From NCBI RefSeq assembly GCF_000143415.4, contig NW_003314265.1, positions 3,716,443 through 3,780,442 of the forward strand: 64,000 bases of DNA, in the 5' to 3' direction. The notes beneath the pieces are model-generated. The model did no database searches and was not told the origin of the DNA. It was given only the letters and a program-made list of their open reading frames with translations. The translations under genes and the position numbers were made by a program. Positions 24,073-38,064 of the stretch are shown here, one piece after another. Each line of letters begins with the position of its first letter. The stretch's first letter is position 1. This DNA comes from Selaginella moellendorffii (lineage: Eukaryota > Plantae > Lycopodiophyta).

Positions 24073-25778
24073 ATGGCGCTAGCAATGGCCAAGGAACTCT
24101 TCTCCATCGCCAGCAATCGCTGGATCGTCGCAGTCTCGGGCTTCTACTTGATAGCAATCACCGGAAGCACGCTCACCAGCTTCAGCTTGTTCTCAAAGGA
24201 GCTCAAAATCTCCCTGCATTACAAGCAAGAGTCCGTCAATACCATCAGCTTCTTCAAGGATCTCGGCACCAGCATGGCTTTCCTGGCCGGCTTGCTCAAT
24301 GCGAGAGTCGGGCCCCCCGTCTCACCATGTTCGTCTCCGCATTGCTCAACCTGTTCGGCTACACCATGGCCTGGCTCGCCATCACTCACCAGATTGCTCG
24401 TCCACCAGCATGGCAAATGAGCTTCTATATTTTTCTCGTCGGCGCCTCTGTAGGCTTTGCAGTCACGGCTGTTCTGACCACCTGTGCCACAAACTTCCCG
24501 AAACACCACCAGGGGATGCTGCTGAGCTTGCTCGACGGCAGCAATGGCCTGGGAGCAACCGCATTCGCGGTTGTGTTCCAGACTTTCTTCCAGGTCCACG
24601 CTCGCTCGTTTCTGCTCTTCCTGGGGCTGCTACCGACGTTCCTGTATCTGCTGCTTGGCCTCTTCCTCGGGCCCGTGCCTGTCATCGAGAAGTCCAGCGA
24701 CAAGTCCATTCTCCGCTCGTTCCTCATCACCACCTTTGCCTTAGCTGCCTATCTCCTCGTCGTCACAGTCATCGAGGGGACCATACCGAGCAGGCTTCCA
24801 GACTCGGTGCCTTTCGTGTTCTTTGGTTTGATGCTGCTCATCGTCCTACTTCCAGTTGCTCTGGTTGTCCGAGCTAAGATTCGATCACATTCGAACAGTG
24901 CTGGTGCTGTCGAAAGCATACCGCCATCTCATAACTCTGAAGCTCAGCTCGCGGATATGAATTCCACGCCTAGTTCTCTGCAAGTCGTCGACCATTCTCC
25001 TTCTCAAGCTTCCAGCGCTGGCATCCACAGATGGTTCCAAGTTCCAGCGAGAGGGAAGGACTACAGACTCGTCCACGCCTTGCTGAGCATCGATATGTGG
25101 CTCATGCTCATCGCGACTTCCTGCGGCCTGGGAACCGTGTCCACCTTCTACAACAACTTGGGCCAGCTGAGCGCCTCCCTGGGATACTCCACCGCAAGGA
25201 TGAACATCTTCGTGGCTCTCCTCAACCTCTGGGACTTCCTGGGAGCAATCGGTTGCGGCTTCGTGTCCGAGATACTCCTCCACAAGTTTGGCATTGGACG
25301 GCCGTTCGTGTTCGCTGCGGTGGTCGGCTTTCTAGCGCTCGGCAACTTGCTCATCGCCTTGGGCCTTCCCGGCGCGCTGTACATCGGCTCCATCATCATC
25401 GGCCTCGCCACCGGAGGCCAGTGGGCGGTGCTGTCGACCATCATCGCGGAGATCTTCGGGCTCAAGCACTATGGAGTTCTCCAGAGCTTCCCAAACATCG
25501 CAAAGGGGATTGGGACGTATGTCCTGTCGGTGGAAGTTGCGGGTGTGTTCTACGATCGGCAAGCCAGGAGATACCGGGGCCCTGACACGCTGGAGGCCTC
25601 GCTCTTGTGCCACGGTGCCAAGTGCTACAGGGAAACGTTCTTCGTCATGGCCGCCACCTGTTTGTTTGGGTGTGCCATCGCCGTGGCTCTCAGCTTGAGG
25701 TCCGCCAAGTTCTACAGTGCGGAGGTGAGGCCCAGCTTGACGAGAAAAGTTGCTGCTGTTGTTGACGATGCATGCTAG
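24073..25778 (+). pseudogene. NFD4/nodulin-like MFS transporter, copy 1; +2 frameshift near 24311-24318
   Basis: GTCGGGCCCCCCGT here versus GTCGGCCCCCGT in copies 3 and 5. Otherwise near-identical to the intact 36361-38064 ORF. Could be a homopolymer sequencing error. Confidence 0.75.
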
Positions 25779-28060
25779 CAGTCTTGCATTTTTTTTAAGC
25801 TACACGAAAAGGAAAGAAAAATATGAGCGCGTCTTAAGCAAAAGAAGTCAAGAGAGACCGAATGCTTTCTCCTAGAGTGAGCTAAACAAGACACTCCAGC
25901 GCCAAATCAACCCAAGCTAAAGATGATTCTTACCTCGTGAATGGATGAGCGATCCCGCAATGCGCCGCTTGCCCTAGGATCCATGTTCCATGAGCTCTGT
26001 GCCCTGCTTGACCATCGTTTACTCCCGCCTAGTTGTGTAGAAAGCACCAATTATGGTAGTTTAATCCATTCAAGCTTCTTGGTTTTCCATTTTCATCCAT
26101 TGTGCCAAACCAAACCATGCAGTAAAAAGCGAAGTTAATATCAACATTACCTAGTGGCGCAAACAATCGGCCCTGCGTGATTGCTGTGCTAATGCTTCTC
26201 TGCAGAAAAAGGCTCCGAATGGGCTTTTTCATCCGCCCTAACTTGGGAATCACAAGCTCCATCTGCCGATGTAACAACCAAAAAGAAACATTGAGCACCG
26301 CCCGAGGCACCAGCTGCAAGCCTTGAATGCCGCGAGCACCAGCGAGAAATCTCTGGAGAAATCTCTCGATTCCCCGATGCACGAGTTGTAGAAGCGCTTC
26401 CTGTCCCAGCACCTCCCGGATCCATGAGCTATAAAAGTGTTTCCCTGGTCATTACTTCGATTGGGAGCTGCTCTTGTTGCCCGCGCCACAGGTTGTCGCG
26501 GTCCTTGATCGAGCTCCCAGTGCGGAATTCGGCGTCCAGCTTGCTGGGTTAGTCTTGTATCGCTTGCTCTTTGGTGCAACAGATCTACAAAAAAGTGATT
26601 TCTCGGAGAATCAACAAAGCATTTTCAAGAGAAAGATCTGCCCAAACAACTTAAGAAATGGTAGCCGATGACGTAGCGAGCTGCCAACCCACGTGGAGCG
26701 CCACATCAACATTGGTTGTTTACTATGATATATAACATCCCTACTTCAAGGTCAGTAAAATAACTTCCAAGGGGTTATTCCTTTTCTTGAACCTCTTGTT
26801 TCAGGTCTACTGTATCTGTTGATCAACACATGAAAGTAAAACAATTGATATTTCTGGAGGTATTGCTTGTTGATTTGTCCTCCCAACGCTACATTGACTT
26901 TCGTTGACTCATTTGTAGAATTCAACATGCGAAAATTTAAACCCAGAGACAGTGTCATAGATCAGCTCACCCCCAACGCGACACATACTGCAGTGTGCGG
27001 TGTTGAATGCATATTTAATCCTAAGTAACTGACAGCTAGTTTCAGCCATAACATCGCTAAGCACAAACCCATCACTTCGAAGAACAAATTTCTTCCGAAA
27101 GCTGAAGAGATGTTTGCTCCATAATATTGTCATGTGGAATGAGGGATGCCTAAGCATTTTTCCATGGTATTCATGATGGTAGAACTTATAATGTTCTCAA
27201 TGTTTATCCTAGTGTGAGCAACAGTTCTACCCATAATGTTCATGTCAATGTGCGTGGAGTTAAGGATGTCAGCATATTATCAGTTCAGTGAATTTTTCAT
27301 GAAAATATGAATACTCGATTAGAAATTGTCATCTTTTGTATATTTAGTAGCTCTTGTAGTAGGATCACTGAATGGCTCAAGCACAGGGTTTTGTAGGAAC
27401 TTTATCCCATGTATGTATATTATCTGATAGCTTGCCAAGTTGCACACGAACTACCTCTAGATGGTTATCCATGAATTTGACTTCACCCATGTTGAGTGTC
27501 CCACATGTGGGAGCTAATCCGATGTTTAAGATAGTCTTGGACATTCGAGTTGACAATGTTGACCTATCTATTAGTCAAATGCTAGCTAAAACTGAATGTG
27601 AAAGTCAAAATGCTAGATGATATTTCCAAATACTTACAATCAGCTGAAACTAGGCATTTGTGCTCAAGACAAAGCTCATAACAGCAAGAAGAATGATTGA
27701 TGGGACTTTTGCCAAAGCTTACCCGGTGCTACTGGAGCATATTCTGTAAGGAAGTGGATATGTTGGCCAGGAGGGAGTGGAGTCCAGGTGTGATTCAGCC
27801 GGCAAAAGGGACTTGTACATGACATTCAACTGTATTAATCTTACCTCTGTAACTTTGGATACACCAAAGCATAACGGGTGAAGATTTGAACTATACTTTT
27901 AACAAGCTATGACCAACGTAGCTATTTCATAGACATAAGCCTGTGTGGTTTTGTGTCATGGTTTCTTGTGTTGATCTTCTAATGACTTTTACAGATTTCT
28001 TTATAAGTTCGCCCTCGATCAATATTTAGTATTTACTGAAAACTACAGGCAAAAATTTCT

Positions 28061-29605
28061 TTTTTCTATGCGGTGGGCTTTGAAGATTTAGATATATGAT
28101 TTTGATGTTGTTCATCACTTTAAAAGTTCTATAGCTGATGCTAATTTTCTTTCTCGAGCTCTTTTTTCCTTCTCCACTCTCTTCTCATGTTTTTAATGAG
28201 TTTGTTATTCCGGCACCTATGGATTTTCTAGACGAGAATTCTGTATCGTCAGCAGTTACTATACTCGACATTTAGTGTCCGCAAGATGCAAAGAAGGATC
28301 TACCTTCTCTTGATGAGGTTCGTGAGGCTAAAAAACTTGAGCCATGGATATAAAGGCTTCGAAATGGGGTTTAAGAATCTTGCATCATTTGCTGATGATT
28401 TGCCATTCCGGCATTTACATTCTCAGTATCTTTTTTATGATGGCCTTTTTTATTTTGTGGGGACGGATCCTAATGATCATTTACGATTGGTGGTGCCTTC
28501 TGTCATTACTCAGCGGTTTCTCCATGCTTACCACGATTCTCCTATTTTAGACGGGCATATGGGACATTGTCGTGTGAACAAGAAACTATGCAGGTCTTTC
28601 TATTACCCGAAAATACGACGTGATGTTATCCAATATTTGCATAGCTGCATTTGGTGCCAAGTTCATAATACTCCCTCTCGTGCCGCAGAAGGATGGTTGG
28701 AATTAATTGCAATTTCCCATCTGTTTGAGTTGGTGGCATTTGATCTTATGGGACCTTTTCCACGGTTGATTGTTGGCAATGAGTATGTTATTATTGCTTC
28801 TGACTACTTGACTCGTTAGGTGGAAGTTGATGCTTTTACTAGCGCATTTGCAACTGCTGTTGGATACTTCCTCCTCAATCGAGTGGTGTTCCAGCAATTT
28901 TGTCCAGAACGAATTCTTTCGGATAATAGTTCTGCATTTATGGTTGAGGCATTTCATGTTTTGACATCTCGGTTGGGGATACGCCACATTTTCATGAGTG
29001 TTTATCATCCACAATCAAACAATCAGTGGAATGGCTCATTCAAACATTCAAAGGGATGATCACGAAATACGTGACCTTTCAGCATTCGGATTAAGATGGT
29101 TATTTGCCGTTTCTTCGGTATGCAAATGTCACAAGGGTGTAGAATTCTATTGGTGTTTCACCATATAAACTTCTATATGGTTATGATTCAATATTACTAA
29201 CAGAGCTGGGTTTACCTTCGCAATTTCCACGAGTTGCTGATGCTAAGTCGTGGGATTAATATTTGATGAATATTCTTCCACTTGTCTGAACAAAATTTGC
29301 TAACACTTAAGCCGCATACAAGTGGGATAACAATGGCGTTACAACTCCTATCATCATTCACTTGTAAAGTACAAAGTGGATGACTTAATGTTAGTCCGTT
29401 TTCCCCATTTTACGGTATGTGGTTTATCTAAGGGGCTCTTTATTCAATGAAAAGGACCATATCAAATGTTGTAGCAAGTTAAACCATAAGTTTATAAAGT
29501 TTGGCATAACGTCCAACAAGTCGATCCTCCAGAGATTATGCATGTGCAATGGTTGAACACTTTATACGAAGGGATCAAGAGCAACTACTACCCCCTACAA
29601 ATCCA
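28061..29605 (+). mobile_element. Degenerate Ty3/Gypsy pol fragment (RNaseH end, integrase), no LTRs
   Basis: YHDSPILDGHMG..CxxC zinc-binding motif, FELVAFDLMGPFP, DYLTR, PERILSDN, YHPQSN; many stops. Sits in the empty site AAAAATTTCTCAACT seen at about 46388-46402. Confidence 0.85.
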
Positions 29606-30024
29606 TTCTCAATTACCTATCGAAGTTCAAATGGCAACCGAAAATCCCAAGAAAATGAAAAGAAAGAGTGGACACCTGCTGGAAAACCACTGCTTTTGGT
29701 GAGGACTTTCACCTTAGTCATATACCTCAAAGCTTCTTCGCTGCCCTAAAAAAATGATGAGAGTTTATATAATAAGAAGCTTCATTTGTTTTTCAAATTG
29801 TGATTTTAAAAAGTTATATTGCTTAACAATATGTTGCTGGATTGTTAAACTTTTACAATCTTCTACGCAAAACACAGTCGGCTTGCTATGAAATTTCGTA
29901 CCTCTATATAATATTGTGATAAAATCTTTGCTTATCAAACTAAGATCCTTGTGAGCAAACATTTCTTGCAATTGTTTTATTTCTGAGAATGAGAAAAAAA
30001 TTGGTACCTTTGACTACCCAAGAC

Positions 30025-31195
30025 TCAAGCCACATAGACATTCTTCCCGGAGAAGTGCTCCGTGTACACCTCATGCATGTAATCCCTATAAGTCCTGCTG
30101 CGGTACTTTGCTGGACTCTCCTGGCTCACCAGCTCTGAAATTGGGCTGATCTCCGCGTCTAGTGACGGCCCCAGGAACGCCCCGACGGACAGCCTTGAGC
30201 TCTTCGAGTTCACCATCACCATGTGCAATATGCTCTTGTATCTCCCATTGCTCAGCTTATGATACAAGACAATCAACCAAGACAAAGATCAATCCACAGT
30301 TTCCCAAAACGTTTTCGACTGCTCGTACCTCTAGCTGGTCGCCCATGTTGACCACCAGCATTCCCTCGAGTGGCCTCACGTTGTACCAATCCTCGCCTTG
30401 CTTCAGCTGCAATCCCCTGGAGCACAAACGTGAGGCCGCCGCTGTCGGTGTGGCCTTCCATGCCCAAGGCCTGCCTCGGGTTCGGGCAAGCCAGATAGAA
30501 GTTTGCTCTCGTCAGAAGAACCATGTCTCCGAATGCTTCCAGAAGACGGTTTGAGCGGAGGCCAAGTCCCTCGGACATGACCAACAGCATCCTCTTCCCG
30601 AGCTTGAAGATGTTTCTGGCGTACTCGGATCCAACGTCCCTGTTGCGTATAGAGCGTCAGCAATCTAGCTCAATACCATAATCAAGGAACGAGAAACTGA
30701 CTTGTAGCTGGCTGGGAACGCGGGTCAAGGGTGCACTCCGAGGGACTCCTCCTTGAGCCACATCTGGAGGTGGTCGTGCCACTCGAGCTTCTCTTCTTTC
30801 GAAGGCATCATGCTGGTGCAGTAGCGGACGGGTGTGAAGATCTCCTCGGTGTAGGATCACATCTTGTCCTCGCTGGGCGAAGTGAAGAACTCGAGAGCGC
30901 ATCTCATCAAATCCTCGGTGTGAATTCCGTGGTTCTTGAGCTGCAAGTCAGAAGAACAACAACTTAGCAAACATGTACTACAGGAAAAAGACACCTCATC
31001 AAAACTTACGTAGAACATTCCGTACTTTGTACAAGCGTCAACGAGATCCGTCTCGAAGCTCTCGCTTGCCACATCGACTATCGGCAGCACCGCGTACCGG
31101 GAGACATCAGCAGCTTCATTCGGCATCATGTATCTGTCTGGAACGCTGTCCAGCGTCCCATTGCAGCTGTCAACAAATGCCTTGATGCCAGCCAT
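30025..31195 (-). pseudogene. 2-ODD copy 2, pseudogene
   Basis: CGA>TGA nonsense at 30857-30859, an 11-bp deletion near 30415, and the intron-3 CAG acceptor changed to CAT. Confidence 0.88.
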
Positions 31196-31656
31196 GGATG
31201 GGACTGTGTAACCAAGAAAGCTTGAAAGATGAAAGATGGAAATGTATGCTTGGATGCTAGGCTTTCTCAACTTTGAGATGCGGATATCAGTGTCCTCCCA
31301 GTGCCCTGCTTATATAGTTGCAAAAAATAAGATTTGCACGAAGATGATAAGAATCCGCCGATTCCGGATCCGCCCCCGCTCAAGACCATTTTGTAGACTT
31401 TTCCGTACCCGTGACTTGACCAGCGTCCGCATCTGGCCCTGCCCCAGATCCACATCAAGCGTCAATGCTCAACTTAGTTGACCCACGACATAGAAAATTT
31501 GGAGCCACGAAACTTCGGAATTGTCACGTTTTTGTATCGAACAGGAAAGATCGTCGACGCAAGTCCGGTCGTGGCACGGACTGCAAAAACAAAAGCCTTT
31601 GCATAAAGCACGATGATTTTATAGAGCTTTCTTGTTACCTCACAGCGCTGGCGGCA

Positions 31657-33032
31657 ATGGCACTAGCAATGGCCAAGGAACTCTTCTCCATCGCCAGCAA
31701 TCGCTGGATCATCGCAGTGTCGGGCTTCTATCTGATAGCAATCACCGGAGGCACGCTCACCAGCTTCAGCTTGTTCTCACAGGAGCTCAAAGTCTCCCTG
31801 CATTACAAGCAAGAGTCCGTCAATACCATCAGTTTTTTCAAGGATCTCGGCACCAGCATGGCTTTCCTGGCCGGCTTGCTCAATGCGAGAGTCGGACCCC
31901 GTCTCACCATGTTCGTCTCCGCATTGCTCAACTTGTTCGGCTACACCATGGCCTGGCTCGCCATCACCCACCGGCATGGCAAATGAGCTTCTATATGTTT
32001 CTCGTCGGCGCCTCTGTAGGCTTTGCAGTCACGGCTGTCCTGTCGACCTGTGCCACGAACTTCCCCAAACATCACGGGATGCTGCTGAGCTTGCTGGACG
32101 GCAGCAATGACCTGGGAGCAACCACATTCGCGGTTGTGTTCCAGACTTTCTTCCAGTTCCACGCTCGCTCCTTTCTGCTCTTCGATAAGTCTAAAGCTCA
32201 GCTCGCGGATATGAATTCCACCCCGAGTGCTCTGCAAGTCGTTGACCATTCTCCTTCTCAAGCTTCCGGCGCTGGCAGCTGCAGATGGTTCCAAGTTCCA
32301 GCGAGAGGGAAGGACTACAGGCTCGTCCACGCCTTGCTGAGCATCGATATGTGGCTCATGCTCATCGCAACTTCCTTCGGCCTGGGAACCGTGTCCACCT
32401 TCTACAATAACTTGGGCCAGCTGAGCGCCTCCCTGGGACACTCCACCGCAAGGATGAACATCTTCGTGGCTCTCCTCAACATCTGGGACTTCCTGGGAGC
32501 AATCGGCTGCGGCTTCGTGTCCGAGATACTCCTCCACAAGTTTGGCATTGGACGGCCGTTCGTGTTCGCTGCGGTGGTCGGCTTTCTAGCGCTCGGCAAC
32601 TTGCTCATCGCCTTGGGCCTTCCCGGGGCGCTATACATCGGCTCTATCATCATCGGCCTCGCCACCGGAGGCCAGTGGGCGGTGCTGTCGACCATCATCG
32701 CAGAGATCTTCGGGCTCAAGCACTATGGAGTTCTCCAGAGCTTCCCAAACATCGCAAAGGGGATTGGGACGTATGTCCTGTCGGTGGAAGTTGCGGGTGT
32801 GTTCTACGATCGGCAAGCCAGGAGATACCGGGGCCCTGACACGCTGGAGGCTTCGCTCCTGTGCCAAGGTGCCAAGTGCTACAGGGAAACGTTCTTCGTC
32901 ATGGCCGCCACCTGTTTGTTTGGGTGTGCCATCGCCGTGGCTCTCAGCTTGAGGTCCGCCAAGTTCTACAGTGCGGAGGTGAGGCCCAGCTTGACGAGAA
33001 AAGTTGCTGCTGTTGTTGACGATGCATGCTAG
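31657..33032 (+). pseudogene. MFS transporter copy 2, pseudogene
   Basis: 16-bp frameshifting deletion between CACC direct repeats near 31970, and a ~375-bp internal deletion at 32183 relative to copy 4. Confidence 0.9.
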
Positions 33033-34681
33033 CAGAGTCTTGCATTTTTAAGCTACACAAGAAAAGGAAAGAAAAATATGAGTGCGTCTTAAACAAAAGA
33101 ACTCGCAAGAGCGACCGAATGGTTTCTCCTAGAGTGAGCTAAACAAGACACTCCAGCGCCAAATCCACCCGAGTTTCAGATGATTCTTACCTCGTGAATG
33201 GATGAGCGATCCCGCAATGCGCCGCTTGCCTAGGATCCATGTTCCATGAGCTCTGTGCCCTGCTTGACCATCGTTTACTCCCGCCAAGTTAAAACCAACG
33301 TCATGCTAGTTGACCAAATATGGTACTTTAAACCGGCTCTGATCATGTGCAGATACCTTATTCAAGCTTCTTGGTTTTTCATTCCATTGTGCCAAACCAT
33401 GCAGTAAAAAGTGAAGTTAATATCAACATTACCTAGTGGCGCAAACAATCGGCCCTGCGTGATTGCTGTGCTAATGCTTCTCCGCAGAAAAAGGCTCCGA
33501 ATGCGCTTTTTCATCCACACACTCCATCTGCCGATGTAACAACCAAAAAGAAACATTGAGCACCGCCCGAGGCACCAGCTGCAAGCCTTGAATGCCGCGA
33601 GCACCAGCGACCTCTGGAGAAATCTCTCGATTCCCCGATGCACGAGTTGTAGAAGCGCTTCCTGCCCCAGCACCTCCCGGATCCATGAGCTATAGAAGTG
33701 TTTCCTTGATCATCGATTGGGAGCTGCTCTTGTTGCCCGCGCCACAGGTTGTCGCGGTCCTTGATCGAGCTCCCAGTGCGGAATTTGGCGTCCAGCTTGC
33801 TGGGTTCGTCTTGTATCGCTTGCTCTTTGGTGCAACAGATCTACAAAAAAGTGGTTTCTCGGAGAATCAACAAAGCATTTTCAAGAGAAAGATCTGCCCG
33901 AACAACTTAAGAAATGGTAGCCGATGACGTGGCGCGCTGCCAACCCAAGTGGAGCGTCACATCAACATTGGTTGTTTACTACTCATTCCACATGACAATA
34001 TTAGGGAGCAAACATCTCTTCAGCTTTCTGAAGAAATTTGTTCTTAGAAGTGATGGGTTTGTGGTTAGCGATGTTATGGCTGAAACTAGCTGTCAGTTAC
34101 TTAGGATTAAACATGCATTCAACACCGCACACTGCAGTATGTGTCGCGTTGGGGGTGAGCTGATCTATGACACTGTCTCTGGGTTTAAATTTTCGCATGT
34201 TGAATTCTACAAATGAGTCAACGAAAGTTAATGTAGCGTTGGGAGGACAAATCAACAAGCAATACCTCCAGAAATACCATTTGTGTTACTTTTATGTGTT
34301 GATCAACAGATACAAAGAAAATGAAAAGAAAGAGTGCTTTTCGTGAGGACTTTCACCTCGGTCATATCATTCTGGTACCTCAAAACTTCTTTGCTGCCTT
34401 GAAGAAATGATGAGAGCTTACATAATAAGAAGCTTCATATGACTTTCGTATGTCTTTCATATTGTGATTCTAAATAGTTATATTGCTTAACAATACATTG
34501 CTGGACTTCCTCCCAGATTGTTAAACTTTTACAATCTTCTAGGCAGCAAACAATCGGCTTGCTATGAAATTTCTTATCTCTGTATAATATTGTGATAATA
34601 TCTTTGCTTATCAAACTAAGATCCTTGTGAGCAAACATTTCTTGCAACTGTTTTATTTGTGTGCCTTTGACTACCCAAGGC

Positions 34682-35855
34682 TCAAGCCACATAGACATTC
34701 TTCCCGGAGAAGTGCTCCGTGTACACCTCGTACATGTAGTCCCTATGAGTCCTGCTGCGGTACTTTGCCGGACTCTCCTGGCTCACCAGCTCTGGAATCG
34801 GGCTGATCTCCGCATCTAGTGACGGCCCCAGGAACGCCGCGACGGACAGCCTCGAGCTCTTCGAGTTCACCATCACCCTGTGCAATATGCTCTTGTACCT
34901 CCCATTGCTCAGCTTCTGAGATCACCAACCAAGGACAACACTAAGATCATTCCACAAACTTTTCGACTGCTCGTACCTCTAGCTGATCGCCCATGTTGAC
35001 CACCAGCATTCCCTCGAGTGGCCTCACGTTGTACCAATCCTCGCCTTGCTTCAGCTGCAATCCCCCGACTCCATCCTGGAGCACAAACGTGAGGCCGCTG
35101 CTGTCGGTGTGGCCTTCCATGCCCAAGGCCTGCCTCGGGTTCGGGCAAGCCGGATAGAAGTTTGCTCTTGTCAGAAGAACCGTGTCTTCGAATGCTTCCA
35201 GAAGACGATTTGAGCGGAGGCCAAGTCCCTCGGACATGCCCAACAGCATCCTCTTCCCGAGCTTGAAGATGTTTCTGGCGTACTCGGATCCAACGTCCCT
35301 GTTGCATATAGAGCGTCAGCAATCTAGATCAATACGAAAAATCAAGGAGCGAGAAACTGACTTGTAGCTGGCTGGGAACGCGGGCCAGGGGTGCGCTCCG
35401 AGGGACTCTTCCTTGAGCCACATCTGGAGGTGGTCGTGCCACTCGAGCTTCTCTTCTTTCGAAGGCATCATGCTGGTGCAGTAGCGGACGGGTGTGAAGA
35501 TCTCCTCGGTGTAGTATCGCATCTTGTCCTCGCTGGGCGAGTTGAAGAACTCGAGAGCGCACCTCATCAAATCCTCGGTGTGAATTCCGTGGTTCTTGAG
35601 CTGCAAGTCAGAAGAACAACAACTTAGCAAACATGTACTACAGGAAAAAGACACCTCATTAAAACTTACGTAGAACATTCCGTACTTTGTGCAAGCGTCA
35701 ACGAGATCCCTCTCGAAGCTCTCGCTCGCCACATCGACTATCGGCAGCACTGCATACCGGGAGACATCGGCAGCTCCATTCGGCATCATGTATCTCTCCG
35801 GAACGCTCGACAGTGTCCCGTTGCAGCTGTCAACAAATGCCTTGATGCCAGCCAT
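34682..35855 (-). CDS. 2-ODD copy 3, apparently intact
   Basis: Same four exons and splice sites as copy 1; HTD, H and RLS retained. Confidence 0.88.
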
Positions 35856-36360
35856 GGATGGGACTGTGTAAGCAAGAAAGCTTGGAAGACGAAAGATGGA
35901 AATGGAAATGTATGCTTGGATGCTAGGCTTTCTCAACTTTGAGATGCAGATATCAGTGTCCTCCCAGTGCTCTGCTTATATAGTTGCAAGAAAATAAGAT
36001 TTCTAGTTGGCAGTACGAATTTAAGAACGTTACTTATTACACGTTATTTGCACGAACTTTCCATCCATTCAAGACCAATTTGTAGACTTTTCCGTCTCAA
36101 TGACAGATTAGCGTTCGCATCTGCTAATCTGTCACTGATATGGAAAATGCAGTGAACGCTCAAATTGGTTGACCGGCACATAGAAAACTTAGCCACGAAA
36201 CTACGTTATTGCCAAGTTTATGTCAAACTCTCTGCTTGAAGAAGCTTGCCATTTCAAAGAGCATCACATGGACTGCAATTATAACAAAATATAAAGGCAT
36301 GAAAACCATGACTATGAAGAGCTTTCTCGTTACCTTGTGCGGTCCACAAAGCTGGCAGCA

Positions 36361-38064
36361 ATGACGCTAGCAATGGCCAAGGAACACTTCTCCATCGCCA
36401 GCAATCGCTGGATCGTCGCAGTCTCAGGCTTCTACTTGATAGCAATCACCGGAGGCACGCTCACCAGCTTCAGCTTGTTCTCACAGGAGCTCAAAATCTC
36501 CCTGCATTACAAGCAAGAGTCCGTCAATACCATCAGCTTCTTCAAGGATCTTGGCACTAGCATGGCTTTCCTAGCCGGCTTGCTCAATGAGAGAGTCGGC
36601 CCCCGTCTCACCATGTTCGTCTCCGCATTGCTCAACCTGTTCGGCTACACCATGGCCTGGCTCGCCATCACTCACCGGATTGCTCGTCCACCGGCATGGC
36701 AAATGAGCTTCTATATGTTTCTCGTCGGCGCCTCTGTAGGCTTTGCAGTCACGGCTGTTCTGACCACCTGTGCCACAAACTTCCCGAAACACCACCAGGG
36801 GATGCTGCTGAGCTTGCTCGACGGCAGTAATGGCCTGGGAGCAACCGCATTCGCGGTTGTGTTCCAGACTTTCTTCCAGTTCCACGCTCGCTCCTTTCTG
36901 CTCTTCCTGGGGCTGCTACCGACGTTCCTGTATCTGCTGCTTGGCCTCTTCCTCGGGCCCGTGCCTGTCATCGAGAAGTCCAGCGACAAGTCCATTCTCC
37001 GCTCATTCCTCATCACCACCTTTGCCTTAGCTGCCTATCTCCTCGTCATCACAGTCATCGAGGGGAGCATGACAAGCAGGCTTCCAGACTCGGTGCCTTT
37101 GGTGTTCTTTGGTTTGATGCTGCTCATCGTCCTACTTCCAGTTCCTCTGGTTGTCCGAGCTAAGATTCGATCACATTCGAACAGTGCTGGTGCTGTCGAA
37201 AGCATACCGCCATCTCATAACTCTGAAGCTCAGCTCGCGGATATGAATTCCACCCCGAGTGCTCTGCAAGTCGTCGACCATTCTCCTTCTCAAGCTTCCG
37301 GCGCTGGCATCCACAGATGGTTCCAAGTTCCAGCGAGAGGGAAGGACTACAGGCTCGTCCACGCCTTGCTGAGCATCGATATGTGGCTCATGCTCATCGC
37401 AACTTCTTGCGGCCTGGGAACCGTGTCCACTTTCTACAACAACTTGGGCCAGCTGAGCGCCTCCCTGGGATACTCCACCGCAAGGATGAACATCTTCGTG
37501 GCTCTCCTCAACATCTGGGACTTCCTGGGAGCAATCGGCTGCGGCTTCGTGTCCGAGATACTCCTCCACAAGTTTGGCATTGGACGGCCGTTCGTGTTCG
37601 CTGCGGTGGTCGGCTTTCTAGCGCTCGGCAACTTGCTCATCGCCTTGGGCCTTCCCGGCGCGCCGTACATCGGCTCCATCATCATCGGCCTCGCCACCGG
37701 AGGCCAGTGGGCGGTGCTGTCGACCATCATCGCAGAGATCTTCGGGCTCAAGCACTATGGAGTTCTCCAGAGCTTCCCAAACGTTGCAAAGGGGATTGGG
37801 ACGTATGTCCTGTCGGTGGAAGTTGCGGGTGTGTTCTACGATCGGCAAGCCAGGAGATACCGGGGCCCGGACACGCTGGAGGCCTCGCTCTTGTGCGACG
37901 GTGCCAAGTGCTACAGGGAAACGTTCTTCGTCATGGCCGCCACCTGTTTGTTTGGGTGTGCCATCGCCGTGGCTCTCAGCTTGAGGTCCGCCAAGTTCTA
38001 CAGTGCGGAGGTGAAGCCCAGCTTGACGAGAAAAGTTGCTGCTGTTGTTGACGATGCATGCTAG
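36361..38064 (+). CDS. NFD4/nodulin-like MFS transporter copy 3, intact, intronless
   Basis: 567-aa frame. NRW..FSLFSQELK..ISFFKDLG, TCATNFP, NNLGQL..LGY, EIFGLKHYGVL, C.GAKCY are typical of the family; many TM segments. Confidence 0.92.
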   Translation: MTLAMAKEHFSIASNRWIVAVSGFYLIAITGGTLTSFSLFSQELKISLHYKQESVNTISFFKDLGTSMAFLAGLLNERVGPRLTMFVSALLNLFGYTMAWLAITHRIARPPAWQMSFYMFLVGASVGFAVTAVLTTCATNFPKHHQGMLLSLLDGSNGLGATAFAVVFQTFFQFHARSFLLFLGLLPTFLYLLLGLFLGPVPVIEKSSDKSILRSFLITTFALAAYLLVITVIEGSMTSRLPDSVPLVFFGLMLLIVLLPVPLVVRAKIRSHSNSAGAVESIPPSHNSEAQLADMNSTPSALQVVDHSPSQASGAGIHRWFQVPARGKDYRLVHALLSIDMWLMLIATSCGLGTVSTFYNNLGQLSASLGYSTARMNIFVALLNIWDFLGAIGCGFVSEILLHKFGIGRPFVFAAVVGFLALGNLLIALGLPGAPYIGSIIIGLATGGQWAVLSTIIAEIFGLKHYGVLQSFPNVAKGIGTYVLSVEVAGVFYDRQARRYRGPDTLEASLLCDGAKCYRETFFVMAATCLFGCAIAVALSLRSAKFYSAEVKPSLTRKVAAVVDDAC

